DNA of 64,000 bases from Euglena gracilis. Its lineage: Eukaryota. The translations under genes were made by a program, and so were the position numbers. Positions 39,501 to 52,200 of the stretch are shown here, piece by piece. The stretch's first letter is position 1, and every line of letters begins with the position of its first letter. The stretch lies in contig CP154954.1 in assembly GCA_039621445.1 (NCBI GenBank), positions 7,451,425 to 7,515,424 on the forward strand. The letters run 5' to 3'. The notes beneath the pieces are model-generated. The model was not told the DNA's origin and did no database searches. It worked only from the letters and a program-made list of their open reading frames with translations.

Positions 39501-42500
39501 CCGCTTCTTGGCCTCCAGCCAACCTTCCTCGACATCCAACTCGCGACTTTGTGTATTAAATTCGCGGCTCGTTGGATGCCAATCCTGGCATCCAACAATC
39601 AGGGGTGCACAGTATGCACACCCCTGCAAGCATCCTCGGATTCACATGCCCCACAAACATCCATGGATGCACATGATCATGCACATGCGTACAACCGCGA
39701 CCACAGTCGCCCGTTTATCCCACAACTTAAGTTTCCCCCCATAACCTCCCTCTCCCACTGGAGCATCCACTCCAGGGAGTCACTCAGGAAAGGCCAGACG
39801 AGCCAGGGAGGAACACAGCACCAATGTGGAGGCTGTACACAGGTATGCAGCAGGGGCACGATACCTTCGGCTCCAGGGGAGTCACACACCTCCCGGAGGG
39901 GGACGGAGACAGACAGAGGGAAAGCTGCCGAATTCCTTCATCCATTCCCTTCGGTCGGCCAACCACACGCAAGTCGGCCCTGGTCGGCCCTGGTCGGCCC
40001 TGGTCGGCCGTAGGTGCCTGACCGTGACAGGTTCTCGGGCATGACAGTTTCCCGGGGGGGGGGGTAGGTATGAGGGGGTTGGCTGAACCGATGCGGCGGT
40101 GGTTGTCGTCGGGGGGGGGGGGGGAGGCAGACGACCTCCACCGGCTGGGCGGAACATGCGGTCCTGCCCCATGGCGGCGGCGAGGGCGAGGGGGGTCAGC
40201 CCCTCCGCGTTGAAGAGCCGCCGGACGTCCACTGCGGAGAGCCCCTGGCGGGCCCAGGCTGGTGCTGCTTCGCCTCCGTTCCAGAAGGCGGCCCCCTGAG
40301 GGCCGAAAGCCCCTGAACAAAAAACTGGGGTAAGTATTGCACAGCCAAACTGCGTGCCGCTGCGTGTGCCCACACATGTGACGTGCACAACTTTGCAGTT
40401 GAGTGACGCGTGCAACCAAGTTGGCGAGAACAACTCAAGATGATTCGTACATATTTCTTGTTGTGGGTTGAGACGGAGAAACAAGAGACGAGATGGGTGT
40501 GATTGCATCAGACGCACAGCGATTGGGACCACAAGGGGCCCAGAGAACGACTGAAGGTGGAAGTTAATCATAACACATCAAACAACGCCCTAAACATATG
40601 CCTGGATGGTTCAACGTGTGCCTTACCATGGAGGTAAAGCATTCAACATACTACCGCGCGTGTTGGGGTCCCAAAACGGAAAAGAAAGCAGCAGGGAAGT
40701 GATAAACCTTGGGACCTGAAGACCCAAAAACGACCAAGAAAAATGACGAAGTCGACGAAGAAAAGAAAAAACATAGAACACCTTTCAACCCTTCTCAGCT
40801 GGGTAATAATGCTGTTGGCAAAGACAACCTGAACGGTACATTTCCTCCAGTACGAAGTCGGGGGTAACCGCCCCACCTGACTCCCAAAGATCGAGCCATT
40901 GGATGCTGAGAAGCAGAGCATCCCCCCACATCTCGGGGGAGCGACAGCATCAGTCCCTCCAACAGCTGACGGATCGACATATTCGGTGAAAAATATGAAA
41001 CGTCCAGGGCCCAAATGGCGTCTCCTTTCGGGTGCATTGAAAACGACGCTTGAGTAGTTTCTTGGTTAGGGCTGTGCAAAGCTTCACCACAAAACTCTGG
41101 CCTCTAGACATCCAAAGAAGAACAATGCATGAAGACAGGGGCAGGGGAGGCGGCTGGGTGTAGATGTCCGGCAGCTCAGCCGCAGGGACAGCACCCAAGC
41201 AGCAAATGAGAAAAGTCAGTGTTTGCGTGGGTGGGTGGGGCAGCGTGTGAATCGGGAGGTCACGATCCCAGCAGTTGATTTTGCAGTGGGTTTGGTGGGT
41301 CACACGTGGTCACACGTGGTCACACGTGGTCCACGGGTTCACAATGGGCCTGCATAACAATTTTTTGCCTGAAATAGTTTCCGGTGCCAAAACCGGGGGG
41401 GGGTCGGTAAAAAAACAAACCCCCCGAAAAGGTTTTCGGTTCATGATTGAGTGACTGTATGGTTGTGGCCCACACCAGACAAACAAAGAGAGCCCCTGGC
41501 CGTGGATAACTGCGAGGTGGAGGGCGGTGTTGCCAAAGCGGTCCACAGTGGTGATCGATCGTCAGAGGGAGGATGGGCCCGCCACCAAAAATTCACCAAC
41601 ACCAACAACCTGCTGCCCCTTGTTGAATCTTGCATCCCGCCGAGGTTGCTTCCATGCCGTTGTTGTTGTTTTTTCAAGCAATAAAAAAATGGTAATGACC
41701 TCTTAAAAATCATTCCAGAAAATTGTTTGAAAACCTAGCAAAAATGAAGTCGCTGAATCTCGGCCAAAACTGGAAAACTGCAGGAAAAAATAATTTGGAA
41801 TGGAATCGCTGGAACAATGTCAATGCATCCAATTTCGGGGGAAAAAATCTAATTTTCCACTTTTTGGTTTTGAGCCAAGTCCCATGTAGGGATGGCACTT
41901 GAACCGCCCTTGGAAAGAAATGCCTCAAAAATCTGGAGCACTGGCCCAGAAGAGAATTCAATGAAAAGGTGGGTGCTTTCTGACACAGAACAGCACAGAG
42001 GAGTTTCTGCTGTGGTTTATCTGTCACCCTGGTTTCATTCTTGACGTGGTGTTGTTTGAGGCGGCGCGTCGTGCGCCGGGTGGCAAGGATGCACCGCAAG
42101 ATGTCCACCTGGTTGCTGGCGGCTGCGAAGAGGAGCGGGTACCGGGAGTCAGGGAGTGTGCTTCTTGGCCTCTTTCTTCTCTCCACAGAAAGCCTGAGTT
42201 CAATCCAAAATTCCACCATTGAACCTGGTACAGGCTTGGGTCGGACACCAGTTTGCCCATCATGCAGAGAGTCGATACTGGAACACTGAGTTGCAAAACA
42301 GACTGTTCTCTTGGGACCAACCCTGGCGTATGGCAAGGAGGACAGCACAAAGGGTGGCAACTGCCCACCCGTAGATGAAGGTCTCCAAGCTTCACAATGG
42401 GTACCCCACCTGCTGGGTACCCCACTCTACCCCGCATATTTTGAACCTTGTCGTGGCTGTCGCTGTCGTTGTATACGGTGTGTAGTGTGGGGTCTGTGCA

Positions 42501-45500
42501 ATGTGGTAATGTTCGGCTTCATTATTTCAGCAGCATTTTGAAACCAAACAACAGCATTTTGAAAACAAACCCCATGTATTCAAAAAACCTCATCAATTTC
42601 TGAGCATCTCCTTTGCTTGTGGCCATATGACCGGCTTCACCATTTGTTGGTGATAGAAAAGCGTCTCGTCCCTGCTGGCTGCAGCTGGCCACAAACCAAG
42701 GAAGACTAATACAACAAAGAAAAACACCCAGGGGATCAATATGTGTCTCGGAATATATGGGGGGATGGCCCCTTGTGATTGTTGAAGATATCCCCATTGC
42801 AAAGAGTATATGTCCGATGGCTGTTTTGCCAATCACATTAACAAGCAGCCACAAATTTCTCACTTTGGACGGCCTCCCGGTAGATTTTGCCCCACTTACA
42901 AATGAAGTCTTTTGCAGCGACAACTTCCTCATTTGTGAAACATCAACGGATGAGCAAACCATTCTACATACAGCACGGTGAAAAGTGTGCCCAGAGGTCA
43001 CTCCCTGGCTCCCCAAAGTACACGTCCCCACTTGGGGCGAAGAACGAGCCGGTGGTCTCCGCATTAAGCAGCTCCGGGTCACACGCATGTTATTGCCGAA
43101 GGGTCCAGGTCATTCTCCATTTTCACTTCCAAAAGCAAAAAAAAAATCTCCCAGAATTCAGGTTCGTTTTCTGTCCGATTTCATTCACTCCATTCTCGCC
43201 AGAGTGGGGTATGCTAGTTATATGCCATCGGTTCCTGGGTCAATTCTAAAGCAAACACGCACCAAATATCATCGAACGGGAGAAAAGGGGCGACTTTCGG
43301 CAATGATATGGCCGCGATTCAGCAGCCAGCGCACCAGCTCCACGTCCTGGTGGATAATGGCAATGTGCAGGATGTTCTCCCCGCTGTATTCCCCCTCCCC
43401 GTACACCGACGTCAATTCCAGGGCGACAATCCGGGAGGGAGGTGTCGCACGCACACGCACATTCAACCCATGCACCGGGGTTTCAATTCTCGGGGGGCGG
43501 GGTTACTGTGGCCAAAGGGCAAAAGCGGGTAATGCTTCTATTTGGGGAACTATTCCGGGCACAGATGCTTGAAGACCTCTTGTTACAGACTCTCTTATCG
43601 CAAAACAAACGAGGTTGCTTTTTTGGACCTGGGAAACAACTTCCTGAACCCCCCTCCACCAAGACACCAACTTTGGGGGGGGGACATCTCTGTCTTCAAC
43701 AGCCATACAAGAGCAGAGAGCAATGCTGACTGGCAATTTCCTGGAGGACCCAGCCCGCTGAGCATGACAATTTCTCCTGGGTGGGGGGCGAACCAGGTGG
43801 AAATCACTTCAATTGGCTGCTGCATTTCGCAGACTTCCAGAGCAGAGGGTGTCAAGACGGACGGGTGGATGGCGAGTGGCTGGAACCGGAATGCAGCCCT
43901 GGGTGCCAGTTGGGGGTACTCCTCAACCAGCATCTTGCCGATCTCCGTCTGCCGGTACAGGAAGGCGATGTGGATCGGGTTGGCCCCCACCGCGTCCCAG
44001 GCAGGCCGCACGCCCAACACGCACTGCAAAATTCAGGGGGGGAAATCGTTTCGGGTGGCAAATGGAGCGCACCGCATGGCCCTCGCCGCCTGGGCGGGGC
44101 GGGTCAGCACGGAGGGGTCCTGCTGCGCCAGCCGCCGCACGGCGTCCCGGCGGCCCTCCTTGATGGCCCAGTAGATGCCCTCGCTGGCAGGCAGCTGCGC
44201 GCTGGGGGACCATCCAGCCCAAACCCGGATTTTGCCGGTAAGACCCCGGGGAGCTTGGGACTTTATCGGTCACTGGACACACCCACTGGCTGGACTCCCC
44301 TCTCCCAGGGGTGGGGGGGGGGGGGGGGCCAGGTTTTCCCCAACCGGGGGAAAAGGGGGGTGGAACCGGAGACTTGGACATATTTTCTCGTCGATTTTGT
44401 CCAAAAAATACAGGTTCTGGGGTCAAAAAATTTCCGGCCACTGGTGGGGACCCATTTTTGGGGGTGATAATTTTGGGGTCGAAAAAGTTTCGGCACTTCA
44501 CCGCGAAAAAAAAAAGGGCCAAAAATGGCCAAAACCAGGCCTCCGGCGGGACAAAGACCTTGAAGCTACCCCCTTGAGGGAGAAGGGGGTCCGGCAGAAC
44601 CACCCACCCTGCACCCTGGGGGTGCAACCTTGAAAAAATTCCTAGCTGGCACCCGAATTTATGACAATCAAGTCGGCTGAAATTTGAGGGTTAATGCTGC
44701 GCTGTAGGGTCAGGAGACTTTTACTGCAATGACCAAGGTGTAATATAAAGCAAGGAAGCCTAGACAACAACGTTGATTTTTCGCGGACAGCGAAAAAGCT
44801 CAGACGTTACCAACTTTGTCCATTCCCACATTTGTGGGTCATTGGAGCAGAACGTTCATTGAATAGAGTTTAGAACGTGGCACGACATATCCAAAATACA
44901 TTTACTGAACGCAACCACAGACACCCCCCTTTTTAAAGCTCATCTTCTCTGGGAGGCTGATTTTGCATGTGTTAAGAGAAATTTTCAGAGAAATTTCTCA
45001 AAAATTCGGTATTTTAGAAACTTCTGAAAGTCTGATTTGGTGAAATATTGTTGGTTTTTTCCAAATGCTTGCGAGTTCAACAGTTGACTTCTGAAAATAA
45101 GGGGAACCTTTTACTTTCTGCACGAAGTGCCGTGTCACTTTTGCAATCAAAATTTCCCTCCTCTCTGAACCCTAAGAGAGGTGACGATTACTTCGCTTTG
45201 ACTAATACACGGAAAAACACACACAAAAAAAAACAGGAAGCAAGAAAAGACATCATGCAAAGCAGAAAGATACATTCTGACAAATGGATTTACTGTTCAT
45301 TTGGAGAATATTGACTTACCCTTACACTTACCCTTATCTTGGCCTGCGGCCCAGAGGGGGGTGGAGGGGTTGCTTTCTAATCCAAAACGCACACACACAA
45401 ACACACAACCACAACCATTAACCTTTTTGAAATGAAAGAGACATCAACTTCTCCCAAAGAAAGAAGAAACTGGCATTCTGGTGGGGTAAAAACATTCACT

Positions 45501-46923
45501 TTTCGCATGTGGTCGGCAGTGGTGAAATTATCGGCAAAAGCTTGAGATGCCACAGAAGGGCATATTACTGGACGACACCATGTGACGCTTCATCCCAAAT
45601 GCAAACCCGCGTATGCTGTGCATGGAAAATTCTTCGCAATAAATTCACTAATCGCCAAAAGTTATTCACGTTAGCCTTGAACTCGAACCGGGCGGCAGTG
45701 GTCTGGGTCTGGTGCATTCGCTGCTGGTCACTCTGGGAGCGGATCCCCTGGCGTGTTGGGAGCTGCAGAAAAGAGTGGGCCCATTCCATTGCTTATCGAC
45801 CGCCTGGGGAATGGGCTCACTACAGCCACTACCCCCCAAAAAACTCAGAATCTGCTGTTTTGAGTGCTCCCGGATATTTCTTAACGCTATTCCAAAACAA
45901 AAGCTATTCCAAAAACAACCCACTTTTTGCCATATCTGCCAGACGAATGAGATTGGGGACAGAGTGAGGAGGCCAAAACACCCACACCCTCCGAAAAGAA
46001 CCCGTGTCTCTGCGCTGAGGAAATGCCCCACTAAGCATCTGGTGTGAATGGGACCGTCGGCGTAGAGTGGACAGGAACGGGCAGAGACATCCACCACCGA
46101 AGCACGCGACTTCTCCATAAGGCTCACTTTCACAAAAAAAACTGCGAATTGTGTGTTTGTCCTTGAAATCACACACCCACGAAGTGGGTGGATTGGCAAA
46201 AGAAACGACCATATCCGCCAAATTGTTCAAGGCACCATGAAAATGACACACAACACACGGTTGGAAACATGCCCTAACTTACCGGCCCCCCCATGGTCAC
46301 TTTCCAACCATCACTTTCCACCCTCCCCCCAGAGGGTCAGTCAATCTTTCCACTTGGCCGAAAATAGGCAAAAATCAAAGGGTTTTGTCCAAAGATCCAA
46401 AATAAATTATCTGCATGGTTGGCAACTTCCAACCCCCGGGGGGGGGGGGGGTCTGGAGCCCAAAAAAAAACAACAACAACCAGGAACTCTGAAAAATAAT
46501 CAATCACCCCTGACGGGAGGGTGTTCCCATCCCTTATGTGTTTCATTTCCGCTTTTCGGCTTTTTTGTCGTTTTTATCAATTTTGGCTGGCAAAACGGCT
46601 TTTTCGCTGTTTTGCCAACGGCGAAATGGCTTATTTGCCGTTTGCCAACAGCGAAACAACTTTTTTGCCGTTTTGCTGACGGCTAAACGGCTTTTTCGCC
46701 GTTTTGCCGAAAAGCCGTTTTGAAACAAAAGGGCTTCTGATGGGTGGGAACAGGGGGTCGGCCACGTTATGCCATGATTATGATGCCACCTTAAGAATGG
46801 CATCATCGAAATCACTCCGGAATTGAAATACGTATCAAACCAACCTCTTGTCTGACCATCAGGGGGCGGGGGCCGAACCACGCTCGCTGCCAGCGATCAG
46901 TTGTGCTGTCGAACAAACGGTGG
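27536..46923 (-). CDS. TRPV-like ankyrin-repeat transient receptor potential cation channel, paralog 1
   Basis: Exons placed by hand include 46845-46923, 45649-45762, 44096-44194, 43905-43996, 43314-43413, 43011-43080, ~42036-42143, 41502-~41545, 41160-41177, 40835-40859, 40151-~40280, 38067-38113, 37162-37255, 34471-~34640, 33814-33927, 33220-33298, 32765-32846, 32486-32543, 32127-32244, 31592-31694, 31359-31389, 29975-30047, 29343-29358, 28898-29000 and ~28010-28064. Motifs: ankyrin repeats (GANPIHIAF, YSGENILHIAI, YFGxYPLLFAA, DRFGNTALHLAV, NAEGLTPLALAA), WDYGPITCKLFPL, VRQVLDKKWDAFG, GPFVIMIKEMVQYDLRRF, pore LLGLVGDFPF, S6/TRP box LLLNLLIAMMGNTYAAVQDQAEKRWYLERA. Start, stop (27536 or 27914) and a possible exon near 36.1 kb are uncertain. 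Confidence 0.88.
30097..31159. mobile_element. Non-autonomous hAT-like TIR element (~1.06 kb)
   Basis: Perfect 14-bp TIR CAGGCTTCTTTTTA / TAAAAAGAAGCCTG. Flanks TTCGGAGT and CTCAGAGT match at 6/8 (degenerate 8-bp TSD). Subterminal GAATTTCCGT tandem repeats near both ends. Confidence 0.7.
31868..31945. repeat. AT-rich (ATAATATA-type) minisatellite
   Basis: Directly visible tandem ATAATA(T/C)A units. Confidence 0.9.
34850..35895. mobile_element. Foldback element with long imperfect inverted arms (~350-400 bp)
   Basis: 35021-35108 is the reverse complement of ~35591-35679. 34852-34980 mirrors ~35775-35893. Confidence 0.7.
38378..40064. mobile_element. TA-flanked TIR element (Tc1/mariner-type MITE-like) carrying a nested insertion
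   Basis: TA-C(n)GGGAAACTGTCA ... TGACAGTTTCCC-G(n)-TA. Internal repeats GACAGGTTGGCC(A/G)GTACC. Confidence 0.65.
38647..40020. mobile_element. Nested hAT-like element (1374 bp)
   Basis: TIR CAGGCACCTATGG / CCGTAGGTGCCTG. 8-bp TSD ACCGTGAT / ACCGTGAC. Subterminal GGTCGGCCCT decamer arrays at both ends. Confidence 0.8.
43414..43904 (-). other. Nonconventional intron in the TRPV-like gene (representative)
   Basis: ACC-CAGGGCTGCATTCCGG ... CCGGATTGTCGCCCTG-GAATT, a 16-nt stem with two mismatches and one G-U. In-frame YPQL-A-TSVYG. Confidence 0.85.
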
Positions 46924-49231
46924 CGTTGCAAGGGAAGAAAGGGGGGCGAAGTCAAAGGAATTTGATGATAGCTACAAAGGCCCATGCGTCTAATGACTTC
47001 ATTTTTGTGACATCACCTTTCATCAACACAGGGGGTGGACCACCCCCTGAGTAATGGCATTGCCAAAAAAGATTTTCGGCTTGGCACAGAATGGCGAAAT
47101 TTTTCGCACCCCAAACACGACCCAATATGCAGGTTTTTTTTAGAACATTTTTTGGACAAAAACTGGTAAAAAATGTTGATAATTTTCGGTTGTACAATTG
47201 ACCTTTTGGGAGTTCAAATACCCCCGGGCTGGTCTGGAAGATCCCTCAGTGTTGGTCAAGGAAGGGGGTCTCGAACCCTGCAAGTGAATATGATCTGTTC
47301 AGTTGAGCAATGGTACTGGGCCAGGAATAATATCTTATCAAATCAATCATCAGATTATTTTTGAAACAAACTTTGTGAAAAAAACGAAGTTTAAGAAGAA
47401 AAACAGTAGTCACCGAGCAAATGAATTGCGGGGGGGGGGGACTTCAAGCACCTATGGTCGTCCAGAATCCCAAATCCAGTCACACCCAATCACGCCGAGT
47501 CACGTCCAGTCATGCTAACCCCCCTTTAAAGAAAAATGAAAGCTGCCGGGAATGGTTTTTTCAGCCGCAAACCTCCTAAAAACTGAGTTTTTCTTGGGCA
47601 AATTTTTGAGACAAACCATCGTCAAAAAAAAAGAGGTCATTTTTGAGACCAAATTTCCCATTTTGGGTTTTGGGGTCATTTTGGCAGTTGCATTTTCACA
47701 ATTCCTTGACTTAACCCCCCCTTCATTGACAAAACCGATCAAGCACCTCTGGACACCTCTGGTCTCCTATTCCCCAGCATCGCCTTTTGAAGCCAGTGGT
47801 GTACCTTCAATACCTGCATCCACTCCAGTCTGCATCGATCGTCGAGCCACCATCCATTCAATGCTGCATCCCTTTTACTGTCATCCATTCACATACCAGC
47901 ATCCATGACGTCCATCCAATTACCTGCATCCTCCCCGTTAAATCCACTTCCTGTATCACTGCAGTTCCTGCATTCACTCAAAAAACTGCAGCTCGTTGTC
48001 CTTGGGAGGGAAAGCGGGGGCAGCAACTACTTCCCCTGGTCCTCGGGAATGGACACTTTTGGAAAAGAAAGAGGGAAAAGAAAGCGGATGACCCAAAACT
48101 GTCTTTAGGGGTCCTAAAGCCCAGTCACAGAACCCACTGTTCAGATGGGAGGGGTCATCTCTTCCACCCCTTTTTTTACCGGGGGATAGGTCCCCTGGCC
48201 TGTGTCAAGCTGACTTGAACACTTACGACATGACTGGGCATGACTGGGCGTGACTGGGAGTGACTGGGCGTGCTTAGCTCTGACAATAGGTGGGAAACAG
48301 GGCAGAACGGGATGGCCTGGTGGGGGAGGATCGTCGACCCCCTCCCCACCCACCACAGCATTTTCACAGAAATTTTTCTTAGGGGTCAAAAATTGGTGCA
48401 CCAGAAATACCGGAAGAGGTGGGGGGTGGTCGGCCCACCAAACACCTTGGCTGTTTGGCCGATTCCCGGTCTGCCCTGGTGGGCACCTCGATACAAGTCA
48501 CTGCCCGTCCAGGAACCGATGGGAGAATAGGCGGGTGATCATCGGAGTGACGAGGGGGATATCCCACACGCTGTCTGGCGGCTCGCAACTGTGGGGGCAA
48601 CCTTCCCCAGTAATACTCCCCCATACAGGGGTCAACCATAGATTCACTTTTGTGACCCCCCGGGGGGCACTTTTTCCCAGGCCTAAACCCCACCCACCCA
48701 CCCACCCAAAATCCAGCCAAGGTCGACAAAAAGCTGAACATTTTTTTCTGGGCGTCATTCAGCTGTGAAAAACCCTGCCCCATAGCGCACCCCACCCCCC
48801 TGGGGGGGGTTCAGGCCCAACCCACCAACCCACTCTCAAAACCCCCCGGGGGGTCACAGAGGTGTTAAATGAATCTATGCACCCGACCCACCCGACCCTC
48901 CCCCAGGGTGAGGTGCTGGGTTTGGTGCATAGGTAGGTGCACCGGCTGTAAAATGAGCCTGGTGGGGGAAAACGTTACCAGACAGGTTGGCCAGAACCGG
49001 GGGTCCAGCTTCCGGGGTGTGGGGAATTTACTGAAGAATTCAAATGGAGTTGACCCCGATAGGTTGGCAGGCACAGGGGGGGATTCGGCAGCCGGGCGAC
49101 CAGAGCACTCAACCAGAGCCCCGATGCACCGCAACTCGGGGCCTCGGTTGAGTGCTGCAAACTGCGCCGCACACAAAAACATTTGCATGTTTGCCTGTGG
49201 GGGAGCTTGGGCCGCCGTTCTCCCCCTGCGC

Positions 49232-52200
49232 CATCATCTGCCGCATCCTCCAGAGAGACACGCGGCCACTACTGGACGCAGCGCCTTCCATGGCAGCCCT
49301 GAACGGGACGCGGCCAATAAAAAGGTGAACCTCTGTCTGTTCCCGTCCACACCTCTCCTGCCTGTCAATCAAGTTGATTGGGTTCTTGATTTCAGTTGCC
49401 ATCACCACGAATTTGGACAGAAACGTTTTCGACTTTTTCAAATACACCGATCAGCCCACTTCGGGGCTGTGCTTTTCCGAACAAGGCGAACTGGCTCATA
49501 AAGGTGATGAACTGGGGCATGCTGGGCAACTTTGCCTCATGGGGAGTCAGCCGCCTCTGTAAAAACCCCCCTAATAGAAGCGCAGAGTCGCTACAAGCAC
49601 AGGGTCCAAAAAAAAGCGCCAAAAGGCGGCAGTCCGCCACAATCGCACCCCCCCCCCCTGATGGGAGTTCGAAAGGAAATCAACAAAAATCGCGCAGGAA
49701 GGGAAATAGAAGCGCAACCCCCGCCGCCTTCGGCGGCGGCCCGCTACAAGCGCTCCTGTGCCTCTATTAGGGGGGGTTTGCACATGAATTTTGTCTCCTG
49801 CATGAAAGGACCTTTTTCGGGCAAAGGCTCATCAAAAAGAAATTACTGCCAGTTACTTCAATATACAATTCATTTTCATCAATTTTTTGGAGGAAACTCC
49901 TAAAATACAACCTGATTCCCTATTTTCTTGGCATTATTCTTAGGGTTGCCAAGCGGCAGTGCCAGCCATGTCCCGGCCAATGCCTCCTCAGCCGCCTCCG
50001 TGCCGGCAGACCGGGGCCGGCTGACCGTCTCCGCCCCGGCGGACCGCGGGCGCCCGAAGGGGGGTAGCCCACTGCCGCCCTCCCCGTGCCACAGCGCCGC
50101 GGGGTCCCCGCCGCTCCCCCGCCGCTCCCCGTCACAGTCGTCCGCCGACGCGGTTGCAGTCATTGGGGTTGCCACCAGAGAGTCCTCCGACGATATGCCC
50201 TCAGAGGGAGGGGGCAAAGTATTTCCCTCCCCTCCTTGTCCAAAAACCACCAACAATTTGTCTCTGACTGTGGGAGGGGTCGCCAAAACAGCTGAGTTCG
50301 CCTCCGACCAAAGGGGGTTGGGGACAAGCGGGTCTGCAAAAAATGGCCCCAGATGGGGCCACATGGCCATTGTGTTGTGGGACAATTTTGGGGGGGGGCA
50401 TTTTTTTGTCTGTCACTGTTTGACCATTTTTGACCATTTTTGGGGGTTTTTTTTGCCAAACTTTGGCAACATCAATTTGGTCAAATTTGGATGATACGAG
50501 ATCATCTTCGGGAGGCAGTGGACTGTTATCATGCTATGTTTGTCAGGAAGCTTATCAGAAAAATGGAAATGAAAAAAAATCCAGAGTAAATCACCCAATT
50601 CTGCAATTATTGAACATCGTGGACAAAACGATCACATCTGACTGCTGTCGTTGGGCGCTGGTAGTTGGACAGGCCCGGTCGTTGGACAAGGGGAAATGGA
50701 AGCAGAAGCAGCCCCCTCATTGGCTGCTTGGGGTGCAACCGCCCACACGGGGCCCCCCTCCACCCTCTGGGCGAGGCTGCTGACAAGCAGAGAGCCAAAC
50801 ATCGCCTCCGCCAGGTCCAGGTTGGGCCCAGCCAGGCCCCTTTGTCTGGGCTCAGTGTATCGCTTGGCGAATTCCGGAGGTTGGGTAGCTGTCCCCCCAG
50901 AAAATTGGCCAGTGGTGGGGACCTTGACAGTTTCCCAACGGGGCAAGCTGAAAGGTTCTCAGGCACGGCCATGGTACCCCGCCCCCCCCCCCCCATGTCC
51001 AACAACCGGTCCTCTGTCTCTGTCCTCTGACCGGGGGGGGGGGGGGGGGGGAGGTCGTTGGACACGGGGTCGGGGAAAAAAAAATTGCCGAAACCCCCCA
51101 AACAGGTCAAAATTTTCCTTCCGGCGCTTCGCGCCCTCATTTCCAGCCCTGTCAACAAATATTTACTCAAATAGCACCCAAAACTGGCAACCTTGGACGA
51201 TTTCGTTGTGGATATCCGTCAAGAGAACATGCAAGGAAAGTGCAAACCATCTTCACTCCATCATACAACCTAGGAAACACCTGAAAATGTCACGGTGGAA
51301 TGTTGGGAGTGTTGTGAAAATCCTTCAACAACCGCAGGAAAAAACAAAACTCCCTGGAGGGAACATTTCAATGGACAATGGGCTGCGGGGTAGAGGACAA
51401 GGGCGGATAAAAAGCCTTTCAGGGCTGGCAAACCTCCGGTTTTCGCACTTCTGCAAAAAAAAAACATCAAACCTCCGAAAAGGTGTCCTTTGACCGGGGG
51501 GGGGGGTCGTTGGTCATGGAGTATAGGACCCAGCTTTGAAAATTAAGAATTAAGAAACCAAAATGTGAGTAGAGACATATCCCCCGCCTTCCAAATAAAC
51601 TACCCCCCCACCCCTATGTCCAACGACCCCCCTATATTTTCCCCAAGTGCTTTCAGAGGCTGGTAGAAGATTCTCTGCTGCCTTTGCACTTTCATGAAGA
51701 CAAGAAAACACACATAGAAAGCCACAAAAAAAAGTGCCAAGAATGGCTAAAAAAGGCCAAAAGTTCAAAAATTATGCAGTCACACCTCTCTGGACAAGGA
51801 TGAATATTGTGGCAGCCTCTGGGTTTTGTAACCACATATGTAAGGACCTTGGACCTGGGACGACGATATGCTCAAATAGCCGATCACCCAACCATGAGCA
51901 GTCATGCCCAGTCATAATACTGTCCGGGGCCATAAAACCTTTTGGGGTTTTGACCCCGGCACAATACCTATCAGGGTCCTCAATCCCAGACATGCCCAAA
52001 CACGCCCACTCACGTCCACCCACGGCCAGTCACGCCCAATCGTTTCACATGTGTTTGGCAACAGGAGATACATAGCTTTAAGCACTGCTTTTTTCGCAGG
52101 GTAGCAGATAGGGAAGGCGATCAATGATACCAGACTTTGGAGTGTGGGCCAAATGGTATAAAAAAAAGCCTGCCCACCTTGATGTCCCTGGCTGCTGAGC

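Noticed and set aside
39430-39550. GC-rich open segment as a TRPV exon
   Set aside because: The flanking exons join directly (MF-Q-HIL) through a good stem, and the segment is inside a TSD-flanked element.
49289-49300. AG followed by ATG (MEGAASS) as the trans-spliced start of the TRPV gene
   Set aside because: The AG is the end of a stem-closed intron (49299-49978) that joins the upstream exon in frame.
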